Shown: in pieces, positions 17,558-26,119 of the stretch
Layout: each line of letters starts with the position of its first letter
Numbering within the stretch: position 1 is the stretch's first letter
Source of the DNA: an uncultured Alphaproteobacteria bacterium
Lineage (GTDB): Bacteria; Pseudomonadota; Alphaproteobacteria; RF32; CAG-239
DNA: 64,000 nt
Assembly: GCA_944393665.1 (NCBI GenBank)
Contig: CALYAX010000007.1
Coordinates: forward strand, 13,937-77,936
Reading direction: 5' to 3'
The notes under the pieces: generated by a model
What the model was told of the DNA's origin: nothing
What the model saw: the letters and a program-made list of their open reading frames with translations, nothing else
The model's database searches: none
Translations under genes and position numbers: made by a program

Positions 17558-17958
17558 AATTTAATTTTAGCCAAGACTTCATCACTATTATATTCTTTTT
17601 TTTCAAGCTTAGGCCATGTATCTAACCCATCATTGTCAAAACGAGGGAAAATATGGATATGAAAATGGAATACTGACTGCTGAGCAGATTTACCGCTGGC
17701 ATGTAATATATTAATACCTGTAGCACCTAACCGTTCTTTTAAATGCAAACTAATTTTTTTTGCAAACTTGATAATATGAGTAAGCTCTTCTTCTGGAATA
17801 TCAAAAATATTTTCATAATGCTTATTAGGAACGATAAGCAAATGACCATAGACCTCCATTTTTCTGGGTAGAAAACAAGATAAGATATTATCTTGATAAA
17901 TTATTTTTCCCGGAAGTTCTTTGGCACAAATCTTACAAAATACACACTCCATGAGCAA
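17554..17958 (-). CDS. HIT-family (histidine triad) nucleotide phosphoramidase/hydrolase
   Basis: N-terminal 'CVFCKI' and the histidine triad 'HFHIHIFPR'. It is convergent with the TrpRS-like gene, sharing 4 nt with it. Confidence 0.75.
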   Translation of the reverse strand: MLMECVFCKICAKELPGKIIYQDNILSCFLPRKMEVYGHLLIVPNKHYENIFDIPEEELTHIIKFAKKISLHLKERLGATGINILHASGKSAQQSVFHFHIHIFPRFDNDGLDTWPKLEKKEYNSDEVLAKIKF

Positions 17959-18706
17959 CTCCTTATTGGAAAATTATATTATTTGTAGCTTAATATAATA
18001 AAAAATATATGTCAAACAGGTAGTTAATGAGTAAACTATATAAAAAATACCAATCCAAGTTAAATTTACTGGAATTTTCAATACAAATTATTTCAAAAGA
18101 AAATAAAAAAAGATTTTTGAAGGATATAATTATATCGCTAATGTTGCTTTAGATGAATTTCCTCGGATATCTTTTCAACAAGGCAGTACTTTGATGACAC
18201 CGCATATTCACGGAATATTTTCATAGTTGTCAAAACGGATTTGTGTGGAAATATATTCTTTTATAATACTCTCAGGTAGCATTTTTTTATCCTTATCTAA
18301 AATTTTAATTTTCATAAAATTTAGAGCGACCGAAATTTTAAGGTACAAAAAAGCATCTTAAAACTTCAAACAAAAGTCCTAAGACGCTAGTTTTGGTCCG
18401 GATATTTTTTTAACAGACTTTACGCTAAGCACTAGCAACGCACGAGAGTCCCGAGGAAGAGCCCTCGGAAAATTCCAGGCACCTTGTTTCCAAGATACAA
18501 GGTTATTGTGCCTTATTTTTGTAAAATTATCAAGTTTATATTTGTTGTGATTAAAACTTATAGTTTTTTGTTTGTTGGATTGTCAGAGAATGAGGAACTT
18601 TAATTTTTCAGTACGAATTTATCGTTTTTTCGAAACAACACACCAGACATCAAGAAAACGAGTTTTTTGTTGCTTCAAAAAAATTACTGATATTTGTTAC
18701 ATTGAG

Positions 18707-19825
18707 CTAAAAAGGAAGTTCATCATAGATTTGTTTAGCTTCTAAATATTCTGTTTGTATATTGCTAATAAATGTTTCACCAAATGTTTCTACGAGCTGA
18801 TTTAATACATTGAATTTTCCATATTGCTCATGTAATTTATAAAGCGTCGAATACGGGTATTTATCAATATTTAAATTTTTTATACTTGAGATGAATAGGC
18901 TAGACATAGTATCATTCATAAAAATATCTGTTAGACTAGAGGAAAATGATAGATTTAGTGAATAAATTTTATAATACTCTTTATGGTCAATATATTCAAA
19001 AATATATTGCATATATAAGGGCAATAAATCATTATTATTTTTAATTTCGTAGCATTCCATATTTTTGTTGTCGCACCAGTCTTTCAAGCTTGTTAATAAT
19101 ATTTTATTAATGCGTTTTTGAGAGAGTTTAGATATATCTTTCCAGTGTTCATTTCTTAAAATATATATTAGCAGAGCAATTTCTTTTAAATTGTTAGATT
19201 TTTCTAGTTTTGTATCAGCACTTTTAATATAAATGTATTGTTCATTTTGAGGGAGACTATTAAATATTTTATATGTAAAATTAAATACATTAGGATTGAT
19301 ACTATCATCACATAAAGAAATTAATGTATCTAATAATTTTTTTTCTGGAATTCTATTTAGAATTTCATTTATATATTCTTCATCGTCGACATAATATAAA
19401 TCATTAAGTTTTTGATGAATATCATTTATAGAATAAAAAGCTTCTCCTTTTATAAGTGCGGCTAGCGCATAATTAATCATTATTAGCTGTAAATCACAGA
19501 CCTCTTTAGACGGGGTTATAATATTGTGGTGAACTGGATTTCTGTACATATAATATAAACTACAAATGTAGCTCATCATTCCTTGTTGGATATTTTTATC
19601 TGTTTCCGTTTTTAGTGGGTTCATTTTTATTAAAGGTTTGTTTAGTGAAAATGCTTCTTGAACTAGTTTAGCTCCATCTTTGTCTAATCCAGACTTTTCA
19701 CGCAATTTATTGGTTAAATAAAGCATTGCATTGCTTAATACGTCTCGGTAGTTTTCTATTTCATAATTTTTTTTTATGAAATTATATAAATCATTATCAA
19801 TATTAATTTCCGGCCTGAATTTCAT
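18707..19825 (-). CDS. Hypothetical protein (372 aa), very AT-rich
   Basis: Long ORF with no recognisable catalytic motif. Confidence 0.35.
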   Translation of the reverse strand: MKFRPEINIDNDLYNFIKKNYEIENYRDVLSNAMLYLTNKLREKSGLDKDGAKLVQEAFSLNKPLIKMNPLKTETDKNIQQGMMSYICSLYYMYRNPVHHNIITPSKEVCDLQLIMINYALAALIKGEAFYSINDIHQKLNDLYYVDDEEYINEILNRIPEKKLLDTLISLCDDSINPNVFNFTYKIFNSLPQNEQYIYIKSADTKLEKSNNLKEIALLIYILRNEHWKDISKLSQKRINKILLTSLKDWCDNKNMECYEIKNNNDLLPLYMQYIFEYIDHKEYYKIYSLNLSFSSSLTDIFMNDTMSSLFISSIKNLNIDKYPYSTLYKLHEQYGKFNVLNQLVETFGETFISNIQTEYLEAKQIYDELPF

Positions 19826-19847
19826 TATTTTTTCCTAATTGGATACA

Positions 19848-20204
19848 TTATTTGCTATTCCACCATGCTAAAGCAGCTAATCCGGCTAATGAGATAGATT
19901 GAATTATATTTCCTAAGATAGATTCCTTTGCTCTATAATTATATTTAATAGTTTTTAAAATGCTATCTGTCCCGATTAATGCACAAATGAAAATTATACC
20001 CATAAAAATAAATGGAGGCATTATCTGTTTTATATTTTCTTTGTTTTGATATAAAGAAATCATATCTAAACAATAAGATATAAGCCATATAACAATTAAC
20101 CAAATAACAGCTAAAATGATTGTGGCTGATACTTTTGAAATGTTGTTTGCTAAAAGATTAGTTTCTGTTTTAGGTTCTTGTTCTGTCTTTGTTTCTATGT
20201 CCAC
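19848..20204 (-). CDS. Small hypothetical membrane protein (3 TM)
   Basis: 'ATIILAVIWLIVIWLISY', 'FIFMGIIFICALIG', 'IIQSISLAGLAALAWW'. Confidence 0.35.
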   Translation of the reverse strand: MDIETKTEQEPKTETNLLANNISKVSATIILAVIWLIVIWLISYCLDMISLYQNKENIKQIMPPFIFMGIIFICALIGTDSILKTIKYNYRAKESILGNIIQSISLAGLAALAWWNSK

Positions 20205-20700
20205 TAGAGATATCCTTTCAATTTTTTTAATCTATATTACACCACTTTGACTTACAAGATAAAATGTAATTATATTTTTTTATCTTTGGGATAAATATTA
20301 GAGTTAATAAAATGGTGATGAATGATATATCAAATTAATTTTCTATAATTTCTTGATATTTGTGATTATTTTGTAAAAATGTCTTAGCTAATCGGTATGT
20401 GTACATAGTTGCCTTGTAATATTCAGGAGTAAATAATAGTTCGAAATTCGTTGCGAAACTGTCACCAATGCAAACGGCGGCCTACAAAATGGCTGCTTTT
20501 TCTTTATTTTCCAAAGCTTTCAGCGAGTTCGAGTGTTTGATTTTCAAAAATTGCGTTTGGGGAAGTTTTTCTGAACTTTGGCGCTAAGGTTTCTTTGTTT
20601 TTCAATGGATTAATTGATTTGTTTGGTTTTGAGATTCTGGGATATTTAAAACTTGTCAATTAAAATAATTTATTGTTTAATTTCATTATAGGAGATTACA

Positions 20701-21177
20701 ATGATGAAAATAAGGGTTCCTTTGGCAAAAGATGTTCCTGCAATCACAGAAGTAATTCAATCAGCATATAAAGTTTGTTATCGTGGATATGTGCCTGATG
20801 AATATTTGAATAATTTATGTATTACTGCAGATATTTTACAAAAATGGCATGATTATTTACAAAAATATGAATGCTATGTGGCAGAAAAAAATAAACAGAT
20901 TGTAGCATTTCTAATGGCAATGGAAGATAACTCAGATACTTTTGAAATTGGGGTATTATACGTAAAACCAGAGTACCAAAAAATGGGAATAGGCACTTTA
21001 TTAGTTGATTATTTGTGTAAAATAAAGAAAAAAAACGATTATAAAACCTGCAAAGTTTGGACCATAAAAAATGGTCCTTCAGTTGGTTTTTATAATAAGG
21101 TAGGATTTACAATTACAAAATATGAAAAACCTTGGAAATTTGACATTCCAATTATAATGATGTTAAAAATTTTATAA
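20701..21177 (+). CDS. GNAT-family N-acetyltransferase
   Basis: Motif A-like 'YVKPEYQKMGIGTLLVDYL', 158 aa. It is flanked by short intergenic repeats. Confidence 0.55.
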   Translation: MMKIRVPLAKDVPAITEVIQSAYKVCYRGYVPDEYLNNLCITADILQKWHDYLQKYECYVAEKNKQIVAFLMAMEDNSDTFEIGVLYVKPEYQKMGIGTLLVDYLCKIKKKNDYKTCKVWTIKNGPSVGFYNKVGFTITKYEKPWKFDIPIIMMLKIL

Positions 21178-21393
21178 AAGCTCGTAAACTGTGAGTTAAG
21201 AAGCACCAATACAAACAGTACTCTTTTCAGGGCGCTGTTTTGCTTTTGTAATCAGGGCTTTCAGCGAGTTCGAAAGTTGTAAATACAAAAATTGCATTTT
21301 TGGAAATTTTACGAGCTCACCTTGACAAAATTACAATAAAATCAAGCACTAAACTATACATTTGAGTATTTTTATTGACAAAAAAATATAGAT

Positions 21394-22380
21394 ATGACAC
21401 ATTATACTTATGGTATGGCTCTTTTATCTGGAGATAAAATTATGCTTTCAGAAGAACAAATGATGTTGCTCATTAATAAGCATAAACCGAATAACTATTT
21501 AACATGTTCTCCGGAAGAAGCTTTTCAGATGACGGAGTATGTTAAAGATAAAATTTCAAAAAGTGAAGTTCGTGAAGTTTATGACCTTTTGGAGATTATA
21601 GAAAAGTGTTCTCCTCCTGACCATGATGATTTTGAATTGATTAAACATTACAACGAATTATATGCAGATATTAATATTACCAAATATCCTTCTTACCAAG
21701 GAAAAAATTTGAAATATGGTTGCAATATAAAAAATTTTTATGATGCTAATCAATATATGAATGATGAGAATAGCGTTTCCCGTTGTGTATCAATTTTTAA
21801 TCGAATTGCCGATCCATCAAAAGGTCTTCCAAACAAAGCTTTGTTTGATTTATCTCGGAAATGTGATATCACCTTCAAGATAATTTCAGGGACAAATTTT
21901 GATGGCGAATGCCGTTATATCCAGCCTGAGGAAAAATCAAAACCGGCCATTGCGGTCGTTATCACTCAAAAAGCTCTTGAGGCTTCAGATGACTCTTTGG
22001 CCGTTCTTTTAGGACATGAATTGTCACACGCTATTGATATTAATCGACGGCCATTTGGTTATAATGGCAGCATCGGATGGGAAGCCCCTGAAGATTTTGC
22101 AAACATTGTAGGTTCTCAGATTGCTCAAAATGCAGGATACGATCCTAGAGAATTTATCAAAAGTCAGGGAGTGGAAAATGAAAAAACACAAAGGGCTGCC
22201 GAAATGATTTTAAAATACTCCTTAGATCCGTTTCGATTAAAATGCAGCAGATTACACGAAAAAATAAAAAATAAGAGTGGTGAAACAGCACATGTTGAAA
22301 CAGATAAAGCCGAGGAAAAGAAAACACAAGTGAATATTTCACAATTGATAATGAAACGAAAAAAAAGGTTCAGGGGATAA
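21394..22380 (+). CDS. Hypothetical protein with an HExxH zinc-metallopeptidase motif
   Basis: 'LLGHELSHAID'. An acidic/Lys-rich C-terminal tail. No signal peptide. Confidence 0.35.
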   Translation: MTHYTYGMALLSGDKIMLSEEQMMLLINKHKPNNYLTCSPEEAFQMTEYVKDKISKSEVREVYDLLEIIEKCSPPDHDDFELIKHYNELYADINITKYPSYQGKNLKYGCNIKNFYDANQYMNDENSVSRCVSIFNRIADPSKGLPNKALFDLSRKCDITFKIISGTNFDGECRYIQPEEKSKPAIAVVITQKALEASDDSLAVLLGHELSHAIDINRRPFGYNGSIGWEAPEDFANIVGSQIAQNAGYDPREFIKSQGVENEKTQRAAEMILKYSLDPFRLKCSRLHEKIKNKSGETAHVETDKAEEKKTQVNISQLIMKRKKRFRG

Positions 22381-22708
22381 TAAATTTTAGCTCATAATTT
22401 GCTTGCTAAGCATCATCAATACAAACAACAGATCTAAAAACAGTTTGTTATTAGCATTTACACTAAATGTTTATTTCCCGGTTCTTTATTTTCTTCTGAA
22501 ATAAGATATCGGTAATATTGTTTTATTTAAAAACAGTGCCAGAGGCCGGGATACATATCAGCAAAGCAAGTCATACAAACCTTGTGGATATCTTGATTTC
22601 GGAAGATTGAAAAGCAGGCTTTAGTTTCCAACATCTTTAGTATTGCATAAAAGATATCAGATAAAAATATCCGGACTTATACAAAACTATTTATCTTTTT
22701 GTAACTTT

Positions 22709-23695
22709 CTAAGCTGGCAGATACAACTTACGTAGTGGCAGAAGAACCTTTCCTTCTGCTCTAAAATTATCGTAATGCACACCTATCAGCTCGGTCAGGA
22801 TATCTAAATCGACCAAGAATACGGGGGTCTTAGCCCTTTCTGCTTCATATCTAGCTTCTTTAGTAAAACCACCCGTGCTGACGTAAATACAGCGATCTCC
22901 GACCTGTCTTCCACCGAGGAAAGTTCTAATTTCAGGAGCTCCCATTTGTCCTTTGCGATGTTTAACCTCAACAAAAATACGTGGCTCTTCCAGGCCCAAA
23001 CCATCTCTGGAGGCAAAAACGTCAATACCCCGGTCTGCCCCTTTAGGACTTCTACGAGCAATATAACCCATTGCATTCAATATTTCTTTGACAAGTTCTT
23101 CCATATCATCTGGAGATAAATTTAATATTCGATCTTTTAATGTTTCTGTTGAATTTTCAAGAAGTTCATTAGATTGAAGTTCCAGCTCTTCAGCAACTTC
23201 CTGTTCATTTTTGGCAATTTCTTTTTTGTTTTTAAGGAGGCTCAAAATTTCAACTTCAGCATCGTGAGAAAGACGAAACACTGTTGACAGACTGCCCAAA
23301 GAATTTTTAGAAGTACTGGACAAATCATCTCTGGATATTGTTCTAGCATTCCATTCAACTTTACGCAGATTGGGATATTCCTTAATGAGTTTATTATTAT
23401 AATAGTAATCGCTGACAACTTCGCCAATGTAATACAAGCGGTTACTTTTATCATATGTTATAATGTAATCACCCTTTTTTATGAAATTAACAAAAGAATC
23501 AATGATGCCAATCCACTGGAATATAGCTTTTTCATTAGGGTATTTTTCCTGTACAAGTTCCTTAATTTGATTTCTGCTTTTTCCAGCCAAATCACCTAAA
23601 GCCTCCCAGCCAAGAGCCGCAACTTTATTTTTTAAGAATAAAGGAAGTAATTCTCCTCCCTGAGAACGAACCATCCAGATATTCACCATGATCAA
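22709..23695 (-). CDS. Mrr-family restriction endonuclease (Mrr_N plus Mrr_cat PD-(D/E)xK)
   Basis: C-terminal 'GADRGIDVFASRD...IFVEVKHRKGQMGAPEIRTFLG...YVSTGGFTKEA', typical of Mrr_cat. The N-terminal 110 aa are Mrr_N-like. Confidence 0.6.
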   Translation of the reverse strand: MIMVNIWMVRSQGGELLPLFLKNKVAALGWEALGDLAGKSRNQIKELVQEKYPNEKAIFQWIGIIDSFVNFIKKGDYIITYDKSNRLYYIGEVVSDYYYNNKLIKEYPNLRKVEWNARTISRDDLSSTSKNSLGSLSTVFRLSHDAEVEILSLLKNKKEIAKNEQEVAEELELQSNELLENSTETLKDRILNLSPDDMEELVKEILNAMGYIARRSPKGADRGIDVFASRDGLGLEEPRIFVEVKHRKGQMGAPEIRTFLGGRQVGDRCIYVSTGGFTKEARYEAERAKTPVFLVDLDILTELIGVHYDNFRAEGKVLLPLRKLYLPA

Positions 23696-23934
23696 ACTCC
23701 TTATCTTTTTTGTTTATAAAATAACGTAAAACAAATTTATTTAAGACAGGTTAATACAATATGTTCTTATCTATTCTTAAAATTTACGGACTATCTGAAA
23801 ACACTAAAAAATCATTCGGCAAAAAATCTAAAAAACAGATTTAACGCCATAATTTGCTCTCTTCTTGTAAGTCCCGGAATTCCGGGGTTTATTTTTTGAA
23901 AAAACTGTTTTATAAAATAGCCAAGGAGATGATT

Positions 23935-24780
23935 ATGCGAAAAATCTGTTTATTGCTTATTTTTTTATTATGGAGCTGTTCCCAGCCCCAGACAACGAAA
24001 GAAACCTCTTTTATTACCCCGCAAAATGATCCCCTCTTTGTGACGGTTGAAGGGTTGGACAATGCGGATAATCACAAACTGGCATTTATACAGCACGGGC
24101 TGGCCTCTAATCAGCAGCATCAGGCGGTTCAGGCCGCCAAAAAAGCTTTTCTGGCCAACGGATATGTCGTTGTGACCTTTGACAGCCGCTATTCATTGGG
24201 CAAAAGCAACCGCGATGTTGAAAACACCCGGATATCCACTTTTGCCGAGGATTTAAATAACGTTACCGCCTGGGCAGCCAAACAAAACTTTTACAGCGAA
24301 CCGTTTGCCGTCGCCGGACATTCGCTGGGCGGCGCATCAGTCTGGACATACGCCGTACAGAATCCGCAAAAAGTCAATATTCTCATCGGCATTGCCCCAG
24401 TCATCAGCGGCGATTTGTGGGAACTTTCATGTTTTAAGAATATGCCGGAATTCTGCCGCAAATGGAAATCGGACGGTGCTTATACTTACCAAACGCCGGA
24501 CGGGAAAGACAAAGCTCTTATTTCCTACCAAACCCTTGAGGACGCCAAGAGCTTTAATGCCTTAGACGATGCACAAAGCCTGAAAGCTCAGCCTTTTCTG
24601 ATTGCGGCAGACAATGACAATGTTATTCCGCCGCAGGACGTCCAAAAATTATATGACCGCCTCCCCGCCCCTAAATATATGGCCATAATTACCGACAGCA
24701 GCCATAATTTTGTCAGCGGAAAGAATCAGGACGACTTGACCGAAGCAATCAGCTCATTTCTGAAGCAGAATACAAAATAA
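23935..24780 (+). CDS. Alpha/beta-hydrolase-fold lipoprotein (esterase/lipase-like)
   Basis: 'MRKICLLLIFLLWSC' lipobox, nucleophile elbow 'GHSLGG', RBS AAGGAG. GC returns to the core level here. Confidence 0.6.
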   Translation: MRKICLLLIFLLWSCSQPQTTKETSFITPQNDPLFVTVEGLDNADNHKLAFIQHGLASNQQHQAVQAAKKAFLANGYVVVTFDSRYSLGKSNRDVENTRISTFAEDLNNVTAWAAKQNFYSEPFAVAGHSLGGASVWTYAVQNPQKVNILIGIAPVISGDLWELSCFKNMPEFCRKWKSDGAYTYQTPDGKDKALISYQTLEDAKSFNALDDAQSLKAQPFLIAADNDNVIPPQDVQKLYDRLPAPKYMAIITDSSHNFVSGKNQDDLTEAISSFLKQNTK

Positions 24781-24874
24781 AAGAAAATTCTTGACTTAGA
24801 GCCGTCTCTAACAATTAAGATATAAAAGCTTACATTTAGCCGTAAAGTTTAACTTACCGCGAAGGGAAAAATTT

Positions 24875-25978
24875 ATGAAAATATTGTTCTTTGCCTTATG
24901 CCTGGTCATTATTGCCGGAACCGGCTATCTGCAGACGCCGAAATTCGGCAGACTGCCCCGGGGAAAAGAGCTGGAAGCAATTAAACTCTCCCCGAACTAT
25001 AAAAACGGCAAGTTTCAAAATCTGGTTCCGACACAGCAGATCACCGGAGAAAACGGCTTTTTGAGCGTTATGGCCGACTACTTATTCGGAAAACACCCGA
25101 ACACCAAACCGGATTATCGTCTGCCGAGCCTCAAAACCGATTTGAAAAAGATTGCACCCGATAAAAACGTTTTGATTTGGTTCGGACATTCTTCTTATTT
25201 TATTCAGCTGAACGGCATCCGTCTGCTGGTTGATCCGGTGCTGAGCAACACCGCCTCTCCGGTTCCCTATAACGTCGTTTCTTTTGACGGCACCGATATA
25301 TACCGCCCCGAAGATATGCCGGAACTTGACTATATTATCATTACGCATGACCACTGGGACCATTTGGACTATCCGACCATGAAAAAGCTAAAGGCCCAAA
25401 CGAAAAAAGTTATTGCCGGGCTCGGTGTCGGTGCCCATCTCCGGCGCTGGGGCTTTAAGGAAGAACAAATTGAGGAAATGGACTGGAATGACAAGTTTGC
25501 TGCCAAAGGTTTTGAGATTCACTGCCTCCCGGCACGGCATTTTTCCGGCAGAGGATTAATCGCCAACCAGTCTTTGTGGGCGTCGTTTTTGCTGAAATTC
25601 CCCGATTTTAAGCTTTATATCGGCGGTGATTCCGGTTATGGCGGACACTATAAAACCATCGGCGGCCAATTTGAAAAGATAGATTTGGCCCTGCTGGACA
25701 GCGGACAATATGATCCAAACTGGAAATTCATTCATGAGATGCCGGAACAGGTTATTCAGGCCGCAAAAGATTTGAACGCCGCTGCTCTTATGCCGGTTCA
25801 TAACTCACGGTTTACCATTTCCAATCACGCGTGGAACGAGCCGCTGGAACGGATTACGGAACTCGGTAAAGATGAAAACTTCCGCATTTTAACGCCGATG
25901 ATTGGCGAAGAAGTTGAGTTGAAAAACCCCAAACAGCGTTTTCGCTCGTGGTGGGAAGAGACGCCGCCGAAGAAATAA
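24875..25978 (+). CDS. Secreted MBL-fold metallo-hydrolase (NAPE-PLD-like)
   Basis: Signal peptide, then 'IIITHDHWDHLD' (HxHxDH). Confidence 0.65.
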   Translation: MKILFFALCLVIIAGTGYLQTPKFGRLPRGKELEAIKLSPNYKNGKFQNLVPTQQITGENGFLSVMADYLFGKHPNTKPDYRLPSLKTDLKKIAPDKNVLIWFGHSSYFIQLNGIRLLVDPVLSNTASPVPYNVVSFDGTDIYRPEDMPELDYIIITHDHWDHLDYPTMKKLKAQTKKVIAGLGVGAHLRRWGFKEEQIEEMDWNDKFAAKGFEIHCLPARHFSGRGLIANQSLWASFLLKFPDFKLYIGGDSGYGGHYKTIGGQFEKIDLALLDSGQYDPNWKFIHEMPEQVIQAAKDLNAAALMPVHNSRFTISNHAWNEPLERITELGKDENFRILTPMIGEEVELKNPKQRFRSWWEETPPKK

Positions 25979-26119
25979 CTTATATTGCCGAGATAAAGAA
26001 CGCCCCATCTGATGCGGGGCCAATTACTTTATTATTTTTGAGGCTTTCAGTCCGCTTAACTGTCATATTGAAAAATGGAAGGTGTTTTTTGTTTAAATAC
26101 TTTACGCAATTGAAAGGCT

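Noticed and set aside
23871-23895. GC-rich palindrome cccggaattccggg plus a T-run upstream of the alpha/beta hydrolase gene, considered as an attenuator or island att site
   Set aside because: There is no upstream plus-strand gene to terminate, and no similarity to the tRNA-linked repeats. It could be an orphan terminator or the island border, but evidence is insufficient to call it.
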